Source of the DNA: Candidatus Tayloriibacteriota bacterium
GTDB lineage: Bacteria > Patescibacteriota > Minisyncoccia > Phycocordibacterales > PALSA-1337
Direction: 5' to 3'
Length of the DNA stretch: 59,784 bases
Assembly (NCBI GenBank): GCA_028286665.1
Contig: JAQBRD010000016.1
Location: 1-59,784 of the forward strand
Below the pieces are notes generated by a model. The model saw only the letters and a list, made by a program, of their open reading frames with translations. It was not told the origin of the DNA and did not search any database. Made by a program: the position numbers and the translations under genes. Within the stretch, counting starts at the first letter, position 1. Every line of letters starts with the position of its first letter. Shown here piece by piece: positions 8,717 to 18,571 of the stretch.

Positions 8717-9868
8717 TTACTTCTCTAGCCGTACGAACTTTCCATCCCGTACTGTCTTCATGAAGAAAGCATAGCTCACGTCCCCATTCTTATCGAATGA
8801 AAGGGGTCCGAAAAGCGACTCGCGGAGTCTGATTGACGATAGGAAGCTTTTCGTGCAGTCAGTAGCTTTTATGTTAGGCATACTATCCTCTTGGATAACA
8901 CTGCCACACTTGGCGTACGCATCTGCGATGAGACGTACTGCTTCATACGCTTCAGCCGCATAGCCATTCGGAAGTTCGTGATACTTTTCTTGGTATGCTT
9001 TTACAAAGCTAGCGTTTATGGAATCTGTAGCGTTAGAATCGTAAGCATTGGTGTATACGAGGTTTTCCGCAAGCTTCGCTGTACCTTCTTTGACTAGAGC
9101 TGGGTCTTCTGCTCCGCGATAGCTCACGAATACTGGCTGTATCTTCAGATTTGCTGCTTCTGCAAGAATGACGCTTGAATGAGACGCAAGTGACGCAAGA
9201 TATATGCTATCTACTCCAGCTTGCTTCATTTTCAAAAGAATCGTATTGAATTCCTTGCTGTCTGCAGGAAAGCCTTCCTCAGCAACTACGCTTATCCCGC
9301 TGCCCTCGGCTGATTTCTTTAGCGCATCACGAAGACTTACTCCGATCTCATTGTTCATATACATGATGCCGAGCTTTTTCTTGCCATGGCTTTTCAAATA
9401 TTCGATTGCAGGAGCCGCTTCCGTGTTCGCTTTGGAAGTGATTCGAAAAGTAAGGTCGTTCGGAGTACTGAATGCCGTCGCAAGTGTCGAAACTGCAATA
9501 TCAAGCACGCCGGCTTTTATTGCGAGAGGCTCTATGGCGACGCTTACATTGCTTGCCATGCTTATCACTGCACTGATGTTCTTTGTCTGGCGGAGCTTGT
9601 TGTATGCATCGATGCCGCCCTTCGGAGTGAAGAGGCTATCCTCATGAAAAAGATTGACCGGCAGATTCGGATGTTCATTCAGTGCTTTTATTTTTCCTAG
9701 CTCAGCACCTTTCATGGTTGATTCTCCAATATACGATGCTTGCCCAGTCAGGGTGCTTATGACGCCGATATTGAGAGCCTGCTTTCCTGCGGATGTATGT
9801 TTGCTTGCCCATACTCCAAGAATGATAAGGATAATGAGAGCAGCAGCGCCTAAGATTTTTTTGTTCAT
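8717..9868 (-). CDS. ABC substrate-binding protein, Leu/Ile/Val-binding-protein family (SBP1), TM anchored
   Basis: MNKKILGAAALIILIILGVWA anchor, then LNIGVISTLTGQASYIGESTMKGAELG, typical of type-I PBPs. The ORF opens at 9943, but ATG 9868 gives a normal N-terminus. AT-richer than livF by eye. Confidence 0.85.
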   Translation of the reverse strand: MNKKILGAAALIILIILGVWASKHTSAGKQALNIGVISTLTGQASYIGESTMKGAELGKIKALNEHPNLPVNLFHEDSLFTPKGGIDAYNKLRQTKNISAVISMASNVSVAIEPLAIKAGVLDIAVSTLATAFSTPNDLTFRITSKANTEAAPAIEYLKSHGKKKLGIMYMNNEIGVSLRDALKKSAEGSGISVVAEEGFPADSKEFNTILLKMKQAGVDSIYLASLASHSSVILAEAANLKIQPVFVSYRGAEDPALVKEGTAKLAENLVYTNAYDSNATDSINASFVKAYQEKYHELPNGYAAEAYEAVRLIADAYAKCGSVIQEDSMPNIKATDCTKSFLSSIRLRESLFGPLSFDKNGDVSYAFFMKTVRDGKFVRLEK

Positions 9869-10024
9869 GATATGTAGTATAACTTGATTTATGAATTTGC
9901 TTATTGTACCCAATGTAAACTTTAAAGCCATTAAAAATGACATAAAAAATATGAATAGGATTAATAGCTTGTAAATAAAGGCTATTTATGTATACTATTG
10001 TTGTCAATAATACTGGCAGTATCA

Positions 10025-10792
10025 ATGAACATAGTACAATCACTTTCAGATATCGGACTTGAGCCGAAACAGGCGGAACTCTATGCGCATCTTCTGAAGC
10101 AGCCAAAAGGGTCTGAACAGACGGTATTTTCTATTGCACAAGGAGTGGGCATGCCCCGCTCCACCACGTATCTCATTCTCGAGGAATTGGAAAATAAGAA
10201 ACTCGTCTCATCTTACAAGAAGAATAATGTGCTCCATTACCTGACGGCTGATCCCGTACGGCTTTCAAGAGATCTTGAGGAAAAAAAGGATCTACTTCAA
10301 TCGATTCTTCCGACGCTCCAGGCACTTTCGAAGGACGCTGCTTTTCGGCCGTCAGTGCAGACATTTACGGGCGCTCGCGGCGTGAAGATTGTCTTTGATG
10401 ATGCCTATAATAATCCACGCAAGCACGGCATCAAGGAATACCACACGATATCTCATCCGAAACTTCTTGAATACATGCCGAGGCAATTTCCTAAGTATAT
10501 GGAAAACAAGCGCCGACTCAATCTCTCGAGTAAGATTCTTGTGCCGAATTTCGTTTCAAGAAAAGGCCCTCCTGAGTATATGAGCGATAGCCACCGCGAG
10601 ACTCGCTATCTTACGCAGGATTTTTCGTTCGAGGGAACGCTTATGATATATGGGCGGAAGACTGCACTCATTTCACATAAGGACGGCGAGGTGTATTCCA
10701 TGATCATTGATTCACAGGCCATTACCGAAATGTTCGATGCGGTATTCAAATGTCTATGGAATCTAATTCCACAGGAAAAGTCCTCTCGTTAG
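10025..10792 (+). CDS. TrmB-family HTH transcriptional regulator-like protein (R1)
   Basis: MNIVQSLSDIGLEPKQAELYAHLLKQPKGSEQTVFSIAQGVGMPRSTTYLILEELENKKLV is a TrmB-type wHTH, with a roughly 170-aa C-domain. Divergent from SBP1. The ORF opens at TTG 9998. Confidence 0.75.
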   Translation: MNIVQSLSDIGLEPKQAELYAHLLKQPKGSEQTVFSIAQGVGMPRSTTYLILEELENKKLVSSYKKNNVLHYLTADPVRLSRDLEEKKDLLQSILPTLQALSKDAAFRPSVQTFTGARGVKIVFDDAYNNPRKHGIKEYHTISHPKLLEYMPRQFPKYMENKRRLNLSSKILVPNFVSRKGPPEYMSDSHRETRYLTQDFSFEGTLMIYGRKTALISHKDGEVYSMIIDSQAITEMFDAVFKCLWNLIPQEKSSR

Positions 10793-10803
10793 AGATTTTT
10801 GAA

Positions 10804-11565
10804 TTATTCCCCCAAATACGCCTCGATTACATCCCTTCGCGAAAGCACCTCGTCCGGCTTTCCTTCAGCGAGCAGCTGTCCTGCGTCGAGGACGTAGAGA
10901 TGATCTGATAGCTCTCGGATGATGTCCATGTTGTGCTCGATGAGGATGACGGCCTTGCCCTGCGTGCGAAGTTCCTTGATGACGCTGATGACCGTCTTTA
11001 CCATTTCAGGGAAAAGCCCCGCGAACGGCTCATCGAAGAAGATGATCTCGATGGCTGCGCCGTCGCTGCCGTGGCACATGGCGAGCACTCGCGCGATCTC
11101 GAGGAGCTTGCGCTGGCCGTATGAGAGGTTCTTCGCCATCTCGTGGCGCTTTTCCCAGAGGCCGACTTTGCGGAGCGTTTCCTCCGCTTTTTCGAGATGA
11201 TATGCGCTGTGCTTCTCGAAGAGCGAACCCCAGACGCCGCGCTTAGTGAGGACGATGAGCAGGTTGTCGAGCACTGGCATCTGCTCGAAGAGGCGCACAT
11301 CCTGGAACGTACGGGTCATGCCGTATGAAGGCACTTCATTCGGTGCGATCTTCGAAATGCGGACGCCACCGTCGCCGATGACGATCTCGCCTCCGTCCAT
11401 TGCATGCATGCCGGTGAGCGTATTCACGAGCGTCGATTTGCCGGAACCGTTCGGTCCGACGATCGAAGTGATCTTGCCCTGTTCGAAAGCGATCGACAAC
11501 TTATTGACCGCGTAGACGCCGTCGAAATGCTTCTCTATTTTGTTCGTCGAGAGCGCAGATTTCAT
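10804..11565 (-). CDS. livG: branched-chain-amino-acid-type ABC transporter ATP-binding protein (LivG-like)
   Basis: GPNGSGKST, LSYGQRKLLEIARVL, IFFDEPFAGL, and a LivG-type C-terminal extension. Confidence 0.9.
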   Translation of the reverse strand: MKSALSTNKIEKHFDGVYAVNKLSIAFEQGKITSIVGPNGSGKSTLVNTLTGMHAMDGGEIVIGDGGVRISKIAPNEVPSYGMTRTFQDVRLFEQMPVLDNLLIVLTKRGVWGSLFEKHSAYHLEKAEETLRKVGLWEKRHEMAKNLSYGQRKLLEIARVLAMCHGSDGAAIEIIFFDEPFAGLFPEMVKTVISVIKELRTQGKAVILIEHNMDIIRELSDHLYVLDAGQLLAEGKPDEVLSRRDVIEAYLGE

Positions 11566-11571
11566 GCCTGA

Positions 11572-12732
11572 TTATTTTACGAGATCGACATAGGTGCCGC
11601 CCTTCACGGTTCGGAACACGAGCGCGCGATTCACTTCGCAATCGCTGTTGAATGTGAGCGAGCCGGTGATTCCTTGGTAGCCCTTGAGCGAGCTGATGTA
11701 GTCACCGACTTTCTTCGGATCATTGCCGACTTTCGAGATTGCTTCTGCGACGATCTTGAGCGAGTCATAGTATCCTGCAGCGAGATAGACCGGCTTCGAG
11801 CCGAATTTGGTTTCATAGGTCTTCTTGAAAGCTTTGGTGACGTCAGAATCGGTCGCGAGCGCATCTCGCGAATAATCATAGTCGACGAAATCCATTCCCT
11901 CGGCGAGCGAGAGGTCCTTGAGCGCAGGATTCTGGGCGAGATAGTAATCGCTCACGAGCGGCTTCTTCCAGCCGAGTTCTTTCACCTGCTTGAGCATCGG
12001 TTCGACGGTGTTCGCGACATTCACGAGGATCATCGCGTCAGCGTTTGCCTGCTGCGCCTTGAGCTTCGTGATATTCGTTCTGAAGTCTCCGTTGCCGGTC
12101 GCATTGTAGAATTCGATCGCGGCGATCTTGCCGCCGGTCGGCTCGAATGCTTTGGTGAATTCAGCAGCGATTCCCTTTCCGTATTCGTTGTCCGGGAGGA
12201 GCATGACGACTGATTTGTAAGCCTTCTTTCCGAGGAGTTCCGTATATCCTGGTCCGAAGCTCTTCGCAGTGAGTGCAATTCGGCATGAGAGCGGCGAACC
12301 GTCGAAATATCCAGGCGTTGTTGCTCCGACTGCGAAGATAAGATTCCCGTCTTTGACAGCAGTCTCTCGGATTGCGCCGACTACCGGGCTTCCGTCAGCG
12401 AGGATGTACTTCACGCCGCGCAATTTGAGCGCATTGTATGCGTCGACAGATTTCTTCGGATCATACGCTGAGTCCTCGAGGACAAGCTCCACCTTCTGTC
12501 CATTGATGCCGCCATTGGCATTGATCTCATCGAGCGCGATCTGCGATGCGTTCTTCTGGAGGTCGCCAATAAGCGCCTGCGGACCCGAGAGGATATATGC
12601 TCCGCCGATCTTGATCGTATCTTTCTTCGAATTGCCCGCGCTTGCGGCTATGACGAGGACTATGGCTACGATAATAACGATGCCGACGATCAGATTCTTC
12701 TTGCTCTTGCTTGACTGGACGGTTGGTTCCAT
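11572..12732 (-). CDS. ABC substrate-binding protein, Leu/Ile/Val-binding-protein family (SBP2), TM anchored
   Basis: N-terminal TM (LIVGIVIIVAIVLVIAA), then IKIGGAYILSGPQALIGDLQKNASQIALDEINANGGINGQKVELVLEDSAYDPKKSV. Confidence 0.88.
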   Translation of the reverse strand: MEPTVQSSKSKKNLIVGIVIIVAIVLVIAASAGNSKKDTIKIGGAYILSGPQALIGDLQKNASQIALDEINANGGINGQKVELVLEDSAYDPKKSVDAYNALKLRGVKYILADGSPVVGAIRETAVKDGNLIFAVGATTPGYFDGSPLSCRIALTAKSFGPGYTELLGKKAYKSVVMLLPDNEYGKGIAAEFTKAFEPTGGKIAAIEFYNATGNGDFRTNITKLKAQQANADAMILVNVANTVEPMLKQVKELGWKKPLVSDYYLAQNPALKDLSLAEGMDFVDYDYSRDALATDSDVTKAFKKTYETKFGSKPVYLAAGYYDSLKIVAEAISKVGNDPKKVGDYISSLKGYQGITGSLTFNSDCEVNRALVFRTVKGGTYVDLVK

Positions 12733-12848
12733 TGTGTTTTGGGCTAGCTGTTATTATGCTGCTCGATTAATACGAGAATTCTAGCACATGCACGCCGGCC
12801 GTCTAGGAACATGAATCATTGAAAGCCTTTTGAAATTCGGGCGATTTT

Positions 12849-14012
12849 CTAGTCTATTTTCATGAATTTCCCGTCTCTAACAGTCTGTATTTCAAAGCCA
12901 TTTTCAGGAGTCCGAATAAAACCTGCCGCATTGAACTCGATTTTGTCGGAAGATGCTCCGCTCAGGGATTTTGTTGCAGCGATCGCGTCACGCAATGCTT
13001 TTCCTCCCCGGAGCTTCGATCGCTCAAGCCCATTCGCGATGACATATGCGGCATCATAGGCCGTTGCAGCTGAAGGATATCTCGGATATTCGCCAAATTC
13101 GGCTCGATACCCTTCTGCGAATCGCGGATATCCCTTAGTCTGCGTTGGCGTACTGAAGTATCGATCTTTCATTAGTTCTGGGCACGTCGTGAGCGAAGTT
13201 GGATCACCTGATGATTCTGTTCCGAGTGTCGGCCCTGCATATCCGAGCTCCTTTGCTTGCTTCAGGAAAGAACACTGATTGTAATCGCTTGTCACGATGA
13301 ATATCGCATCAGGACTATGCTGCATGGTCTTGGAAATTATCGTCCTGAAATCGGTCAGTAGCGGATTTCCCGCATCCTCTTCGCTTACCACAGTTACTCC
13401 GTATGAAGGAGCCTCTTTTTTGAATGCTTCAGCTGTGTATTCCCAGAACCCTGCAGCAAGCGGCTTTATTATTGCTACGCGCTTCAGATTGCTTTTCTGT
13501 GCGAAGCGAAGCAGCTCACGCACGCCGACCCTGTTGTCATGCCAGGTTGAAAAGAAGTATTCATAGTTCTTCACTCTCTCTAGGTCAGGAGTATTATTCG
13601 CACCGACCGTAGGCACTTGTGCAGCCTCGATTATCGGAAGCATTGGCATGGCAGGCTCATCCCATTGGGGACCGATTATCGCAACGACCTTGTCCGCATC
13701 GATGAGCTTTCGGGCTACTGAAACAGCATTTTTGATCTTGTCGAGCGACAAGTCTTCGCTTATCAATCGAATCTTGTGTCCTGAAACGCCCCCGCGAGCA
13801 TTTATCTCTTTGACCGCAAGTTCCGCTCCTCGCTTTTCTTCTTCGCCGATCGATACTCCGACTCCGGTGAGTGCGGAAATGCCGCCGATGCTTATTGTGT
13901 CTGGGCTGTCTGGGATCGCATTCTTTTGCGGTGATCTTTTTGCTGCGATTATTAGTCCAATGCTCGCGAGGATCAATATTGCCAGGAGGACTGCACAAGC
14001 TGATTTTTTCAT
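12849..14012 (-). CDS. ABC substrate-binding protein, Leu/Ile/Val-binding-protein family (SBP3), TM anchored
   Basis: N-terminal TM, then ISIGGISALTGVGVSIGEEEKRGAELAVKEINARGGVSGHKIRLISEDLSLD. Confidence 0.88.
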   Translation of the reverse strand: MKKSACAVLLAILILASIGLIIAAKRSPQKNAIPDSPDTISIGGISALTGVGVSIGEEEKRGAELAVKEINARGGVSGHKIRLISEDLSLDKIKNAVSVARKLIDADKVVAIIGPQWDEPAMPMLPIIEAAQVPTVGANNTPDLERVKNYEYFFSTWHDNRVGVRELLRFAQKSNLKRVAIIKPLAAGFWEYTAEAFKKEAPSYGVTVVSEEDAGNPLLTDFRTIISKTMQHSPDAIFIVTSDYNQCSFLKQAKELGYAGPTLGTESSGDPTSLTTCPELMKDRYFSTPTQTKGYPRFAEGYRAEFGEYPRYPSAATAYDAAYVIANGLERSKLRGGKALRDAIAATKSLSGASSDKIEFNAAGFIRTPENGFEIQTVRDGKFMKID

Positions 14013-14021
14013 AGAAATTTG

Positions 14022-14050
14022 TTGACTAAATCTGATAATGGCACTACTAT
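14022..14050 (+). promoter_or_regulatory. candidate sigma70-type promoter of TrmB-like R2 (TTGACT-17-TACTAT)
   Basis: -35 at 14022-14027 and -10 at 14045-14050, in the divergent SBP3/R2 intergenic region. Confidence 0.4.
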
Positions 14051-14118
14051 AGCCATATCAAATATGTCAGCAAACTCTCCTCAATAGGAGAGCAACTATT
14101 TAGAATTAGAGTACACCG

Positions 14119-14874
14119 ATGAAAACAGACATTCTCAGCAGGTATGGCCTCAATAAGAACGATATCGCCGTATATGACGCGCTGCTTCGCATCGGCAGAT
14201 CGAAGACCGGGCTTATTATCCGTGAGACCAGGATCGTGAGTTCCCGAGTGTACGAATCCCTTCGCATTCTCGTCGGCAGAGGTCTCGTGTCATACCAGGC
14301 TCGAAATAATATCAAATACTATCAGGCCGAATCGCCGGACCAGCTTATCGAAGAGGCATCGAAGGGTGTGAATGATCTGAAGGATCTTGCGAAGGATATC
14401 GCCAACTTCCCTATCGCGATTCCATCCAGAAATGACATCAACATATACGAAGGCCGACATGGCTTCAAGATGGCAACAACCCAGCACGTCGAGCGTCTCA
14501 AGAAGGGCGAAGATCTCTGCATCATCACCTTCTCTCATCGAATTTATACTGGCGGCAAAGGCGCTCGCGAACTCAGGAGCTTCTTCACTGAAACCGATAA
14601 GCCAATGATATCGAAAGACGTCGGCGCTCGGATGATTGCCGATCGCGGCATGCAGAAAACCATGAAGAAAGAGCGCATCGATGCGTCGATATATGACCTG
14701 CGTTATCTTCCTTCGGGATATTTTGGTCCCTGCGCCGTGGATATTTCAAAGACGGAAGTCCTGCTCCTCGTCTGGGGCGATAGCCCGATCGCATTCAGCA
14801 TCAAGAATCCGACCATTGTCGCAAGCTTTCAGAAAAACTTCAATTTCCTATGGGAAATGGCGAAGAAGAAATAG
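14119..14874 (+). CDS. TrmB-family HTH transcriptional regulator-like protein (R2)
   Basis: LSRYGLNKNDIAVYDALLRIGRSKTGLIIRETRIVSSRVYESLRILVGRGLV wHTH plus a C-domain. Divergent from SBP3. Confidence 0.75.
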   Translation: MKTDILSRYGLNKNDIAVYDALLRIGRSKTGLIIRETRIVSSRVYESLRILVGRGLVSYQARNNIKYYQAESPDQLIEEASKGVNDLKDLAKDIANFPIAIPSRNDINIYEGRHGFKMATTQHVERLKKGEDLCIITFSHRIYTGGKGARELRSFFTETDKPMISKDVGARMIADRGMQKTMKKERIDASIYDLRYLPSGYFGPCAVDISKTEVLLLVWGDSPIAFSIKNPTIVASFQKNFNFLWEMAKKK

Positions 14875-14885
14875 CCGCCGAGCCC

Positions 14886-16004
14886 TTATTTCAAAGGAAA
14901 TTCGACAAGCTTTCCGCCGCTGTATCTATAGTAGACAGGGTCCATATCGAAGATCCGATCATCGCCGAAGCCTGCAGACTGAAGGGCGCCTTTATGGGCA
15001 TCCTTCTTCATCTCAGAAACGATGCAGCTTGTATCGTTCTGTGCGCACTTCGACATGCCCCCATAGAGATATATAATCTCATCATAGCCGTATGCAGCCG
15101 GAATGAAGTCCTTTTCGGTTATCGCAGGGTATTTTTTCTGGATATTCGACTTGAATTCGGTTGAGAGCGGCTGATCGAACGTGATGACGCCTTCGAGCGA
15201 CGATGTCGCGACTGATGATCGGACTTTCTCTGTGAAGACGTCCGGAATGCCGAGGCCGGTGAAGACTGGCACATTAAATCTGAGATCGCCCTTCTGCTTG
15301 AAGAAGCTGACCGCATGATCTTCATAGAATACCGGAATAATCGAATCTACGCCTGCCGTTTTCATTTTTGAGATCGTCGTCTTGAAGTCAGTCATGTCCT
15401 CGCCGAACAGATATGGCGTCACCTTGATCCCATGTCGGATCGCCACCGCATCGAGCGCCGTCTGGCATTCCGGAGCAAAATCGAGGTTGATGGAAACAAG
15501 TGCGATGTTCTTTGATCCATGCTCTGCGAGATAATCGCCAGCGATGCCGCACTGCTTCGCCACATCAAAATAGAATTTGAATGCATTCGGATTTTCATTC
15601 ACGAATTTCTTCACGACTGCATCGTAGACGAGCGGGATGCCTGCCTTGAGCGCGATCGGAGAAACCGATGAAGATGGGCCGGCGAATTCGACGGTGAGCG
15701 CATTTACTTTGTCGATATTGATCAGCTTCTGAGCTGCGGTCGCTGATTTCTGCGCATCGGTTCCGCCGTCCTCGATCACAACATCGACATTCCCGCCTTT
15801 TGCCCTGATTTCGTCGACGGCAAGCGCAATTCCTTTGTTGTAACCTTCGCCCCAATACGCTCCCCAGCCGGTGAGCGGCGAGATGACGCCGATCGTGTGC
15901 ATCGTCTTTCTGTGCGGCGTATTGTTCGTCGTCATCAAAAATGCCAAAAGAATGATTACAGCTGCAGCGACTATCGTCCAGGTTATTTTCTTATTCATAT
16001 GCAT
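14886..16004 (-). CDS. ABC substrate-binding protein, Leu/Ile/Val-binding-protein family (SBP4), TM anchored
   Basis: N-terminal TM, then IGVISPLTGWGAYWGEGYNKGIALAVDEIRAKGGNVDVVIEDGGTDAQKS. An alternative start is ATG 15998. Confidence 0.85.
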   Translation of the reverse strand: MHMNKKITWTIVAAAVIILLAFLMTTNNTPHRKTMHTIGVISPLTGWGAYWGEGYNKGIALAVDEIRAKGGNVDVVIEDGGTDAQKSATAAQKLINIDKVNALTVEFAGPSSSVSPIALKAGIPLVYDAVVKKFVNENPNAFKFYFDVAKQCGIAGDYLAEHGSKNIALVSINLDFAPECQTALDAVAIRHGIKVTPYLFGEDMTDFKTTISKMKTAGVDSIIPVFYEDHAVSFFKQKGDLRFNVPVFTGLGIPDVFTEKVRSSVATSSLEGVITFDQPLSTEFKSNIQKKYPAITEKDFIPAAYGYDEIIYLYGGMSKCAQNDTSCIVSEMKKDAHKGALQSAGFGDDRIFDMDPVYYRYSGGKLVEFPLK

Positions 16005-16010
16005 TTAAAT

Positions 16011-16877
16011 TTATAATTTATACTCCCCCACCAACCCCTGCGGCCGATACAGCATGAGCACGATGAGAATGACGCCGTAGGTGACCTGTCGCATCTGCGC
16101 GGCGATGTCCGACGGGAATCCGACGAAGCGGAGGATTTCCGGCAGGAGGATGAGTACCGCTGCGCCGATGACCGCGCCCTTGTTCGATGCAAGGCCGCCG
16201 AGGATGACGATGGCCAGGAGGAAGATCGATTCGGTCAGGGTGAATGTCGACGGGTCGATGAAAGTGATGTAGCTTGCGAACAATGCCCCGGCGACCGATG
16301 CGAGCATCGCGCCGATGACGAAGATGGCGAGCTTGTAGAAGAGCGTGTTGTAGCCGAACACTCGGAGCGCCTCCTCATCTTCGCGGATTCCCTTCAGCAC
16401 GCGGCCGAATGATGAATTCGTCAGATATTCGCAGAAGAAATAGATCGCCACGAGGAATACCGCTGAAAGTACGAGGAACCAGATGTTTTCGCTGAAAGTG
16501 AATCCGAAAAGCGAAGGTCGGCCGATGCCTGGAATGCCGAGCGGGCCTCGCGTGAGCGATTGCCAGTTGAGGAAGATGCTGTAGACGATGATGTTGAAGC
16601 CGAATGAGCCGAGCGCATAATAGTCGTCCTTGAATTTCGAAAGGACGAAGCCGATGCCGAGCGAAATAACCGCAGTGATCGCCATGCCGATGAGCACCGC
16701 GAAGAAGAAATTCATCCCGACTGTCGTTAGCAGGATAGCCGTCGCGTATGCGCCGATTCCATAGAATGCCGCCTGCGTAATCGAGAGCAATCCTGTCACT
16801 CCCACGATCAAATTGAGCGAAAGTCCGAGGATTCCGTAGATGCAGATCAGGATGCCGATGTGGATGAGATATTCCAT
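16011..16877 (-). CDS. livM: branched-chain-amino-acid-type ABC transporter permease (LivM-like)
   Basis: 288-aa polytopic protein. GLLSITQAAFYGIGAYA and REDEEALRVFGYN motifs typical of LivM. Confidence 0.9.
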   Translation of the reverse strand: MEYLIHIGILICIYGILGLSLNLIVGVTGLLSITQAAFYGIGAYATAILLTTVGMNFFFAVLIGMAITAVISLGIGFVLSKFKDDYYALGSFGFNIIVYSIFLNWQSLTRGPLGIPGIGRPSLFGFTFSENIWFLVLSAVFLVAIYFFCEYLTNSSFGRVLKGIREDEEALRVFGYNTLFYKLAIFVIGAMLASVAGALFASYITFIDPSTFTLTESIFLLAIVILGGLASNKGAVIGAAVLILLPEILRFVGFPSDIAAQMRQVTYGVILIVLMLYRPQGLVGEYKL

Positions 16878-16880
16878 GTT

Positions 16881-17747
16881 TTATCTTTTTAATATTCCCT
16901 GCGGCCGGAACAGGAGGAATATTATGAGTACGCCGAAAGCGATCGCATCTTTCCATTCGCCGGAGATCTTCCAGATGCCGAAGTTCTCGACGAAGCCGAG
17001 GAAGAATGCGCCGAGCACGCCGCCATAGATATTGCCGATGCCGCCGATGATCGAGGCGATCACGCCTTTCAAGAGCAGCGAAAGCCCCATAGTCGGCTCG
17101 ATGCCCGTATCGAAACCGACGAGGATGCCGGCGAGTCCTGCGATCGCAGATCCGATGAAGAATACCTTGCCGATGACGACGCGGGTGTTGATGCCGACGA
17201 TCTTCGAGACCTCTTCATCGTCGCCGACCGCTTTCACGGCCTTTCCGAACATCGTGTATTTGAGCGACAGCGCCATGCCGAGCATGAGGACGATGCCGAT
17301 AATGAGCGTGATGAGCTGGACTTGGGTGATGACGCCGCCGAGAATTTCATACACATGATCATTCCCCGCACTCGTCGAGAGCGTCTGGAACTGGCTGGTG
17401 AAAAGGATGGCAATGACGGCTTGGATCGCAGTGAAGGCGCCGAGCGCCGCGACGAGAAGCACCATGCTCGAGGATTTGCGTTCGCGGAGCGGCGCATAGA
17501 TGAAGCGGTACAGGAGCCATCCGAGAAGTCCTGAGACGAGCATGCCGATGACTATCGCGAAGAAGATGTTGAGGCCGAGAGATTTGTAGAAGTAGAAGAC
17601 CGCATATCCGCCGACCGCCGTGAGCGCCCCGTACCCGAGGTCGAAGAATCGGGCTGTTCCGTAGATGAGATTGAAGCCAAGAGCGACCATGGTGTAGATG
17701 GCGCCAGCGATGATGCTGTTGACTATGAGTTGCGGGACAATATCCAT
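16881..17747 (-). CDS. livH: branched-chain-amino-acid-type ABC transporter permease (LivH-like)
   Basis: 288-aa polytopic protein. LVNSIIAGAIYTMVALGFNLIYG and VGDDEEVSKIVGIN motifs typical of LivH. Confidence 0.9.
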   Translation of the reverse strand: MDIVPQLIVNSIIAGAIYTMVALGFNLIYGTARFFDLGYGALTAVGGYAVFYFYKSLGLNIFFAIVIGMLVSGLLGWLLYRFIYAPLRERKSSSMVLLVAALGAFTAIQAVIAILFTSQFQTLSTSAGNDHVYEILGGVITQVQLITLIIGIVLMLGMALSLKYTMFGKAVKAVGDDEEVSKIVGINTRVVIGKVFFIGSAIAGLAGILVGFDTGIEPTMGLSLLLKGVIASIIGGIGNIYGGVLGAFFLGFVENFGIWKISGEWKDAIAFGVLIIFLLFRPQGILKR

Positions 17748-17789
17748 ATAGCTCGCGTTGTGCTCACAGTATAGCCTGTATTCGAGATT

Positions 17790-18563
17790 TTATGCAAAGT
17801 CGCCTTTTTCCTGCTCCACCCTCTTCCAATGATCATCGAAAACATGTTTGAGCATGCTCACAATAGATTGATTTTCGATCATGATGCCGACATTGTCTGC
17901 ATATGAGAAGAAATATGCACGATTGGCTACGAAATAGATGCCGGCCATCTGCGGATCGATATCGAGATGCTTCACGGTTCGACGATATGCGCTTTTTTCA
18001 TCTCGTATATTGAATCCGTCCGGTCCTTTGGCGATGAAAAGACGCGTATCGACTTTATAGGAAGCTCGCTTCTGTATGAAATACTTCAAATAATTTTCCA
18101 AGCCTTTCGCATGCGTGAAATAATTGATGCCGTATCCTCGGAACATCTTGCTTTTGCCGCGCTTATATATATCGAGAATGCTCTCAAGAAGCCGCTCTTG
18201 CCCCATGCTGCCATCATAGAATTCCACTTTCGGGAGTTTGCCCGTCATCGGCCTGATTCTTTCGGAAGTGCTCGCAGCTTCGCCTTGCAGCTCTTTCCTC
18301 AATTTCGCCATTCTCTCCTGCTCATTCTTCAGGTATGCGGAGAGATGAAGCTTGTCGGTATGAAAATGCTTCACGTTCCTTATCGCAGTCTGAACTACCA
18401 GCCCTTTTTCTGCCAAACCGATGAGGATCGAATATGCTGTCTGCCGCGGAATCCCGATCGACGACGCGATATTGGCGGAAGGCATCGGCGGTTTTCCGAC
18501 GAGCGCTACGCAGATCGAAGTTTCAGTTTCGGATAATCCAATTTTCTTGAGAATCTGTTTCAT
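17790..18563 (-). CDS. TrmB-family HTH transcriptional regulator-like protein (R3)
   Basis: MKQILKKIGLSETETSICVALVGKPPMPSANIASSIGIPRQTAYSILIGLAEKGLV wHTH plus a C-domain. The ORF opens at 18638, but that would overlap SBP5, so ATG 18563 is chosen. Confidence 0.75.
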   Translation of the reverse strand: MKQILKKIGLSETETSICVALVGKPPMPSANIASSIGIPRQTAYSILIGLAEKGLVVQTAIRNVKHFHTDKLHLSAYLKNEQERMAKLRKELQGEAASTSERIRPMTGKLPKVEFYDGSMGQERLLESILDIYKRGKSKMFRGYGINYFTHAKGLENYLKYFIQKRASYKVDTRLFIAKGPDGFNIRDEKSAYRRTVKHLDIDPQMAGIYFVANRAYFFSYADNVGIMIENQSIVSMLKHVFDDHWKRVEQEKGDFA

Positions 18564-18571
18564 GTGGAAGG

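Noticed and set aside
9702-10106. 134-aa minus-strand ORF across the SBP1/R1 divergent intergenic region. Also the 30593-30832 plus-strand ORF near speD.
   Set aside because: They overlap the starts of better-supported genes and AT-rich promoter DNA, and no motifs are recognisable.
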